Positions 6,579-12,495 of a stretch of DNA of 12,495 nt are shown here, piece after piece. A program made the position numbers and the translations under genes. The DNA is from Promethearchaeota archaeon. Its GTDB lineage: Archaea > Asgardarchaeota > Hermodarchaeia > Hermodarchaeales > Hermodarchaeaceae. Position 1 is the stretch's first letter; the number at the start of each line of letters is the position of its first letter. The stretch covers positions 1 to 12,495 of the forward strand of contig JBHLPH010000037.1 of NCBI GenBank assembly GCA_048939625.1. Direction: 5' to 3'. The notes under the pieces were generated by a model. It searched no databases and was not told the DNA's origin. It saw only the letters and a list, made by a program, of their open reading frames with translations.

Positions 6579-7268
6579 TTAGGAGCCTTTTATTATTACG
6601 ATTTGGCGATTCAAAGGAAGGGCTACATTATAAACTTGAACCTTGTGTACCTTAGCCTTTCGAAGTCCTCGATGCGCGTGACCATGAATCACCAGTTTTG
6701 GTGTGTGTCGCTGGAGGAGTTCTTCAACTCGTTGACTCCCCATCTGCGCAAAATCCCTGTTCACCTCGCCTTTCAAGGTGGTAAAGGTTGAAGCATAATG
6801 GGTTAGTAATATCGTGTAGGCATTAGATTTCTTCGCTTCTGTCAGTAGCGAGTCCAGAGTGATGACACGTTCGGTGTATTGCTCACGGATTTCTTGGATG
6901 TTTCGTGCTTGCCAAAAAGTCGGTTGATCGAGTACTCCACGACTTCCAATGATTGCGACCTTCTTGCCTTGAATATGGAAGGTCATGAGTTCGTCATCAA
7001 GAAAGATAATTGTTCCTTCTGATTGCGCTCGAAGCGAATCCTTAATGGAATCATAATCATCATTTCCGAAGCAGGCAACAACCGGGCATTCTATATTTGC
7101 TTGCTTGAGTTTCTCAAGAAGCGGCTTCATACTTCGGGGATTTCCACGATTCACTAAGTCTCCTGCAAGGAGAAACAAATCAAGATTTGAGGGCAGTTGT
7201 CGTAACGATTTGATAAACAATCCCTGATATTGGGGCCAGTGAATATCACTTGTGGCAGCTATTCGCAG
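6579..7268 (-). CDS. Calcineurin-like metallophosphoesterase (Icc-related); probable CTG start
   Basis: Motifs AATSDIH (upstream of the ORF-track start, in frame), LAGDLVN, FGNDD, LLTHY and HGHAH. Confidence 0.88.
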   Translation of the reverse strand: MRIAATSDIHWPQYQGLFIKSLRQLPSNLDLFLLAGDLVNRGNPRSMKPLLEKLKQANIECPVVACFGNDDYDSIKDSLRAQSEGTIIFLDDELMTFHIQGKKVAIIGSRGVLDQPTFWQARNIQEIREQYTERVITLDSLLTEAKKSNAYTILLTHYASTFTTLKGEVNRDFAQMGSQRVEELLQRHTPKLVIHGHAHRGLRKAKVHKVQVYNVALPLNRQIVIIKGS

Positions 7269-7285
7269 CCTTCTTTTCTCTCCTT

Positions 7286-8203
7286 TCAGATAATTATGAA
7301 GATAGACCCTAGTAGAAAATTAACTAATCCTAGATAAGCGCCAATTTTGTCAAAGAAACTGGCCCGCGCTGAATTACCTTCTGGATTTCGGAGAATCAAT
7401 ATGGCTGATATAGCAACACATATTGAACCAGGAATTAACAAGATCAGGTAGAGGAGACCTGTCCAATTCCAACCCAAAATATTGGCAAGCCATGGTAACC
7501 AGAAACCAACGATTCCGATGAAATTACAGAGTGCTGCCAGAATAGCGGCTTTTCGTATTCCATATTTTCGTGCAATGGTTTGAACATCTCGTAGCGCGTC
7601 ACCTTCAATGTCTTCGATACCTTTGATAATCTCCCGACCCTGTAACACGCTTGCAGCGGTGATGAAATAGACAAAGATGACAAGAGGAATAAACAGGTAA
7701 GTGACGAGTGCTCCATAAAAGAGCCCAAAGGCGAAGCTGATAGCGACTGTAAAGTTTCCCCAAATCCCCATAACTTTGCCTTTTGCGGCATATAATAATC
7801 CTACGAGGGCAAAGAGTGCCGCGATCAAAACGGTCCATATGCCAATGAAAGAGTATGGCACAGTGAGAAAGGAAAATAGCAGGGACAACAAAATAAGAAT
7901 CACGGTCCAGATTTTTGCCTGTTGCAAACTAATCTGTCCACTGGGTAGAGGGCGATCCGGACGATTTACCTTATCAACTTCTAAATCGTAGATATCATTG
8001 ATGACGTTCCCTGCAGCAGCTAAGAAGATGTAGGTGAGGGCAGTCAGGATGAGTACAATAAAGAGCTCAGGTAATGTCCACCGTATCAATCCAAAATTTG
8101 TGATAATGAAGAAGTTGGTGGTGAGAACACCAATTATTGCAGTGAGGCTCCCAAAGAGCGGATTAGCTGGCCGAATAATGGTGATGAATGGTTTCAGTTT
8201 CAT
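7286..8203 (-). CDS. Digeranylgeranylglyceryl phosphate synthase (UbiA prenyltransferase family)
   Basis: Motifs IRPAN, GNVINDIYDLEVDKVNRPDRPLPSG and REIIKGIEDIEGD; multiple TM helices. Confidence 0.88.
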   Translation of the reverse strand: MKLKPFITIIRPANPLFGSLTAIIGVLTTNFFIITNFGLIRWTLPELFIVLILTALTYIFLAAAGNVINDIYDLEVDKVNRPDRPLPSGQISLQQAKIWTVILILLSLLFSFLTVPYSFIGIWTVLIAALFALVGLLYAAKGKVMGIWGNFTVAISFAFGLFYGALVTYLFIPLVIFVYFITAASVLQGREIIKGIEDIEGDALRDVQTIARKYGIRKAAILAALCNFIGIVGFWLPWLANILGWNWTGLLYLILLIPGSICVAISAILILRNPEGNSARASFFDKIGAYLGLVNFLLGSIFIII

Positions 8204-8383
8204 GGGAAACAGCTCGCCGATGAAATGAGCTTTAACGCTTCTGCCTTATATAGAAAACGGCGAAAGGAGGGTGCCCTAGCGAATACTTTCAATGACCTCT
8301 CTGCAGAGTGTCTGTCTATTCAAACAGATAATCACAAATATCTAAAAAAGGACTGGAACCCGCTTAGATTAAAGGGAAACGGC

Positions 8384-9373
8384 TTGTCGGACGATAACTC
8401 TTTTTTCGACTCTGAAACCCACGTCAACCATGGGCTCCTCCAATTGGGGTACATGATCCAAGACCATCAAACTCACCCTTTCTCATTAACCCTCCAAGAC
8501 CTTAGCAACCTCCTAGTCGTAGGACCTCGGGCTCATGATATTTACTTCAACCTCCTCATTCAACTCTGTGATGACCACCGGATACCGGTCCTGGTCATTA
8601 AAGGGTCTCCTTCAGAGGGTCTTGAAGAGCAAGTCTGTGAATGCCCACTCTGGCATATCGACTTGGAAGCAGAGGCGATAACCTTTGATGCACTAAGCCT
8701 AGCGAATGGGCGGAATCCGTCCCAGCAAATCAGTATTCTCATCCAGCTCTTCGAAAGGTATGGACCATTAACACCTACAGCACGAAACCTTCTACATGTC
8801 ATCATCTGGCGAACTATTTTGATGGCATCACCACCAACGCTCCAGTATCTTCAGAATACTCTTCCCTTCTATGAACACTATAATGCCCCCTATCATGAAA
8901 TCCGTCGATTACTCAACGCCCTGCCACACAATCTATTAGATGCTAACTATGACAATCTATCCCTAACGCGCATCCAACATCTCCCCACAATCATCTCAGG
9001 CAATGATACTCCCAATGCCACCTTTAGCATTAACTTGCTACTACTAAAACTCCTCGCTCATCAATCGGAGACACTTCCTGCTTTGTTCCTCGTCAACACC
9101 CCAGAAATTGCTCCCCAAATTCTCGAATGGTTATCAGCAAGATACACGACTAGCAACACACCTTTCGTAATCTTTGAAAACCAGAATTCAACTTTACTAC
9201 ATTCAATGGCACACACTTGTAATTTCATTCTCACAAGCAGCATTGATGTAGAACCCTCTCCTCTATTACAACAACTTACCGAACACGAACAACGCTTCTT
9301 ACAACTCAACAATGACCACGTTGCTGTATGCCTTCGAAGTGAGCCTGCGACTCGTTTTATTACAATTTTCTGA
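8384..9373 (+). CDS. Degenerate HerA/FtsK/VirB4-like P-loop protein, predicted catalytically inactive
   Basis: Strand order follows HerA (PFSLTLQDLSNLLVVG, IPVLVIKG, ALFLVN, FVIFENQN, HTCNFIL) but there is no GxxGxGKT or DE. The start is uncertain: TTG at 8384 is preferred over ATG at 8225, which would leave only 21 nt for divergent promoters. Confidence 0.55.
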   Translation: MSDDNSFFDSETHVNHGLLQLGYMIQDHQTHPFSLTLQDLSNLLVVGPRAHDIYFNLLIQLCDDHRIPVLVIKGSPSEGLEEQVCECPLWHIDLEAEAITFDALSLANGRNPSQQISILIQLFERYGPLTPTARNLLHVIIWRTILMASPPTLQYLQNTLPFYEHYNAPYHEIRRLLNALPHNLLDANYDNLSLTRIQHLPTIISGNDTPNATFSINLLLLKLLAHQSETLPALFLVNTPEIAPQILEWLSARYTTSNTPFVIFENQNSTLLHSMAHTCNFILTSSIDVEPSPLLQQLTEHEQRFLQLNNDHVAVCLRSEPATRFITIF

Positions 9374-9401
9374 TTCTAACTGCAGCTAGCTTAAGAAGAA
9401 C

Positions 9402-9602
9402 TTACTTGAGAGCTCCTAATTTCTCCTCGACACGTGATATGAGTTCCTGGTTGCCCAACCTTTCATACATTGAGCGTGCCTGACCATAGAGTTCTTTGGC
9501 TTGTGAGACTTCGCCAATGGATGCGTGGTGGTCTGCAAGTTCTTCGAGGTTTTCGCCTTTTTTCTGGAAATATGCGCTCATCTGGTCACTGGGTTTGGAC
9601 AT
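9402..9602 (-). CDS. Small TPR-like helical protein (66 aa)
   Basis: LADHHASIGEVSQAKELYGQARSMYERLG fits the TPR consensus followed by a capping helix; AGGTGA SD precedes the ATG at 9602. Confidence 0.7.
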   Translation of the reverse strand: MSKPSDQMSAYFQKKGENLEELADHHASIGEVSQAKELYGQARSMYERLGNQELISRVEEKLGALK

Positions 9603-9692
9603 CGCGTTCACCTATCTATTCAGTGTATAGTTATCCTCTTGAACTTACCTCTTCAAACTGAATCTGAGGATTTGGTCCTCTGGTGAACCTGC

Positions 9693-11045
9693 TTAAGGCA
9701 CTAACCTGGTTCGGTCTCGAGGAAAGAGGACCGCTTCTCGAATATTGGAATAGCCGAGCATTTGCATTGTTAATCGTTCGATTCCAATTGCAAGTCCTCC
9801 ATGGGGAGGAGCTCCGTATTTGAAGGGTTCTACATAAAATGCAAAAGTTTTCGGATTTAATCCGGCATTCGTCAGTTTTTGGATCAACATGTCATACTCA
9901 TGAATCCGTTGGCTTCCCGTAGTTACCTCCATCCCTCGATAGATCAGATCGAATCCACGAGTGAGTGCAGGATCACTTTCCAAAGGCATTGTATAGAATG
10001 GTCGAATACTGGTGGGGTATCGAGTAAGAAAGAAGAATTCTTCACCCGTTTCTTGTTTTATACGCTGATGCAATTTTTCCTCTCCCTCGCTAGGAATATC
10101 TGAATCCGGAGGTAAATCAAGTCCTTCACTACGGAGAATCTCAAGGGCTTCTCGAACTTCAATGCGTTGAATCGGAATTTTAGGTATATGAATCTCTGCC
10201 CCAAGTTCTTTGAGTTCCTCTGAACATGCTTTCTTCACAGCCTTGAAAGCCGATACAAGCATTTCTTCTTCAAGGCGCATGACCTCTTCTTCATCTTGTA
10301 TCCACGCCATTTCATAATCGAAGCTTGTATACTCGTTCAAGTGACGCGGCGTGTTATGTTTCTCTGCACGATAAACAGGGGCAACTTCGTAGACGCGGTC
10401 AAAGCCTGCAACGAGGCTGAGTTGTTTGTAAAATTGGGGGCTTTGGGCCAGAAAGGCTTTCTTTTCGAAATACTTTACTTCAAAGAGGTCTGCTCCGCCT
10501 TCGGTTGCGGTAGCGACGATTTTGGGTGTATGGATTTCCCGGAATCCGTGGTCTTCAAGGAACTGTCGCATTCGAGAAACCGTGAAATGTTGGATCTTGA
10601 ACAGCTGTTGTGCTTCTATTCGTCGTAAGTCCATGACCCGATTATCGAATCGCGTGCCAATGTCTGCTTCAACTTTTCCTGACGTGTCCAGAGGAAGGGT
10701 TGCAGGAGCCGAGTTAATTAGTATAATTTGCTTGGGAGTGATTTCGACGCCACGCTGAGCCTGCTTTTCAGCTTTCACTTTGCCTTTTACAACGACAGCG
10801 AATTCATTATCAAGCTGGTCCAAGATTCCCAAGAGTTCTGGAGGTGATTTTGCATGTGGTAGTGTACACTGTGTGATTCCCTCACGATCACGCACTAAGA
10901 GGAAGCTAATTTTACCCAACCGACGAATGCGTTGTACCCACCCCGCTATTGTAATTTCGTGTCCTGCCATCTTTGGATTTAACTCGCTAGAATAATGCGT
11001 TCGTTGAAGGATTCCACGATCAGATGCTTTTGGTGTAATTTTCAT
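9693..11045 (-). CDS. aspS: Aspartate--tRNA ligase, archaeal type
   Basis: RTHYS/GWV OB-fold start; HTPKIVATATEGG; LAQSPQFYKQ; YRAEKHNTPRHLNE (motif 2); GAPPHGGLAIGIERL (motif 3); FPRDRTRLVP; AGGAG SD. Confidence 0.97.
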   Translation of the reverse strand: MKITPKASDRGILQRTHYSSELNPKMAGHEITIAGWVQRIRRLGKISFLLVRDREGITQCTLPHAKSPPELLGILDQLDNEFAVVVKGKVKAEKQAQRGVEITPKQIILINSAPATLPLDTSGKVEADIGTRFDNRVMDLRRIEAQQLFKIQHFTVSRMRQFLEDHGFREIHTPKIVATATEGGADLFEVKYFEKKAFLAQSPQFYKQLSLVAGFDRVYEVAPVYRAEKHNTPRHLNEYTSFDYEMAWIQDEEEVMRLEEEMLVSAFKAVKKACSEELKELGAEIHIPKIPIQRIEVREALEILRSEGLDLPPDSDIPSEGEEKLHQRIKQETGEEFFFLTRYPTSIRPFYTMPLESDPALTRGFDLIYRGMEVTTGSQRIHEYDMLIQKLTNAGLNPKTFAFYVEPFKYGAPPHGGLAIGIERLTMQMLGYSNIREAVLFPRDRTRLVP

Positions 11046-11114
11046 CTACTCCTGCGGTTTCTCAGTTAATACGTGACTTAAACGTTTCTTCCGAATTTGC
11101 TAACCTATCTGAAA

Positions 11115-11690
11115 CTATTTAGAGAATGTTTTTTGCAGTTCCGCAATGACACTTTCTGCTTGTGGTATTTTGAGTTTAGTCACTGTTGTTGAAGCATGGT
11201 TAATAAATTCCTGAAAAAGCTCAACTGGATATCCAGATTTAATGAGTTGTGCTGCATGCAATGTTGTAGCTAATCGATCAGCAACCTCAACTACCCGTGC
11301 TTCTACGGATGTCCCCTGAGTATATGATGACCATGCTGCAACCATTTCGGTCTGAAGCTCTTCAGGAAGGAAATTCAGGATTTTCTTCATTACGTTATTC
11401 TCAGCCTTCATTTTTGCTTCTCGGATTCCCGGATCAGCTCGCTGTGCACTCATCGGAATGTCTCCAATTTCTACCTCCGGAATATCATGGATCAGTGCCA
11501 TTAGCAGTACTTGTTGAAGGTCCGCGGGTTCATCAAGCTGTTGTGCAAGAAGAAATGCTAATATTGCCGTCGTATGCAAATGGGCGGCAACATTTTCAGC
11601 TTGAGAAGGGGGAATCCCTCGGAGAAGCCAACCTGTTCGAAGGACCCGTTTTAGATTATCACATAGCGTGATGAATTGAAATAGCGTCAT
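11115..11690 (-). CDS. HD-domain phosphohydrolase (YfbR/HDDC2-like 5'-deoxynucleotidase family)
   Basis: Motifs LKRVLRTGW, ENVAAH, ALIHDIPE.. GDIP and EARVVEVADRL. Confidence 0.88.
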   Translation of the reverse strand: MTLFQFITLCDNLKRVLRTGWLLRGIPPSQAENVAAHLHTTAILAFLLAQQLDEPADLQQVLLMALIHDIPEVEIGDIPMSAQRADPGIREAKMKAENNVMKKILNFLPEELQTEMVAAWSSYTQGTSVEARVVEVADRLATTLHAAQLIKSGYPVELFQEFINHASTTVTKLKIPQAESVIAELQKTFSK

Positions 11691-11724
11691 CCCTCATCCT
11701 TAGGGACGGTCCTTGAAAAAACCC

Positions 11725-12120
11725 TCACTTTTTAGCAAAGAGAGCAGCAATCTCGCGTCCGAAGTGTCGGAAAACTGATACAACGTGGCCAAGGGATTCG
11801 ATTTTCACCCCTGCACCGATAAGCACAAGGGGTCCAGCATCTGTCACCACGATGATACCTTTCTCACCACGCACAATAAGTTCGAATAAGGGTTCGAAGG
11901 CCAGTTTTTGAACGGCTTCAATTCCAGTTTGTAGTAGCACGGCAGAAATAGCAGAGAGTAAGTCCGGATCAATATCAACGCCTTTAGTTGAGCTAAAAGC
12001 GACTCGTCGACCTGCTTTTGTGACAACTGCCAGTGTTTCGAGTTCTGTATACAAAGTGATTTCGCGTAAATACATAGCCAATTGTTTAGCTTCTTCTTCG
12101 CTCATCGCAAATTGCTGCAT
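11725..12120 (-). CDS. Roadblock/LC7 (MglB/LAMTOR-like) domain protein
   Basis: LAVVTKAGRRVA, DLLSAISAVLLQTG and ELIVRGEKGIIVVTDAG follow the roadblock alpha-beta-beta-alpha-beta-beta-beta-alpha pattern. Confidence 0.85.
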   Translation of the reverse strand: MQQFAMSEEEAKQLAMYLREITLYTELETLAVVTKAGRRVAFSSTKGVDIDPDLLSAISAVLLQTGIEAVQKLAFEPLFELIVRGEKGIIVVTDAGPLVLIGAGVKIESLGHVVSVFRHFGREIAALFAKK

Positions 12121-12138
12121 CGTATTCCCTCGCTTTTC

Positions 12139-12495
12139 TTATGATTTTTGACGACCCTTTTCACTCCGAGATGCTTCGATTAGTTCAGTTATTTGACGAG
12201 CCATTTCCTCCTTCATGGCCTCTTTTTCATGAAGGTATTCCTCCTCTTCCAGGTGCTTGAGGAACTCGATGGCTAAGACTTGTCCGTCCTTGATGACAAC
12301 TCGGGGAGTATAACCTTGGGCAAATACTGTGCCTTCTGGAAGTGTATCAATCCGCTGGAGTTTTTGCGTCTTAGTAGTTTTACCTAACACGCTAGTTGAT
12401 TCTTCGGTTATCCCAAATGCATCATAACCAATTAAAACAAATTCACGTCGGAATCCTGGAATTGGTTCTAATTTCTCGACCTGTTCAATGATTTC
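12139..12495 (-). CDS. Hypothetical protein, 5' end outside the window
   Basis: The frame of the 12139..12390 ORF stays open to the window edge (EIIEQVEKLEPIPGFRREFVLIGYDAFGITEESTSVLGK...); charged helical C-terminus; 18-nt gap to the roadblock gene. Confidence 0.7.
   Translation of the reverse strand, partial: EIIEQVEKLEPIPGFRREFVLIGYDAFGITEESTSVLGKTTKTQKLQRIDTLPEGTVFAQGYTPRVVIKDGQVLAIEFLKHLEEEEYLHEKEAMKEEMARQITELIEASRSEKGRQKS

Noticed and set aside
6579-7268. Metallophosphoesterase as retromer Vps29
   Set aside because: Its length and motifs fit Icc-related archaeal phosphoesterases, and it lacks the Vps29/YfcE-type NPGS motif.
4581-11671. Remaining short nested or antisense ORFs in the track (e.g. 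4581..4805, 7444..7791, 10296..10628, 11297..11671)
   Set aside because: They lie within well-supported genes and show no independent coding signal.

Overview
The window looks like Asgard archaeal chromosome, inferred from gene content: eukaryote-like ESCRT-III proteins, a roadblock protein, an archaeal AspRS and a DGGGP synthase. Its centre is an atypical ESCRT locus. Two translationally coupled ESCRT-III genes (Vps2/24/46-like, then Vps20/32/60-like) converge on a ~490-aa protein that appears to fuse a 12-Cys FYVE/B-box-like zinc finger, a GRAM/GLUE-like PH domain and a C-terminal Vps23/Vps37-like steadiness box. Just upstream is a membrane protein with a possible winged-helix loop. No Vps4, Vps22/25/36 or Vps28 gene is visible. 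The left part holds an amidase, a small membrane protein, a hairpin-rich ~230-nt intergenic region and a DUF2769-like Cys protein. The right part holds a metallophosphoesterase that apparently needs a non-canonical CTG start, DGGGP synthase, a degenerate HerA-like pseudo-ATPase, a TPR mini-protein, aspS, an HD hydrolase, a roadblock protein and a partial hypothetical gene. All family calls come from recognising motifs by eye; no database searches were run.
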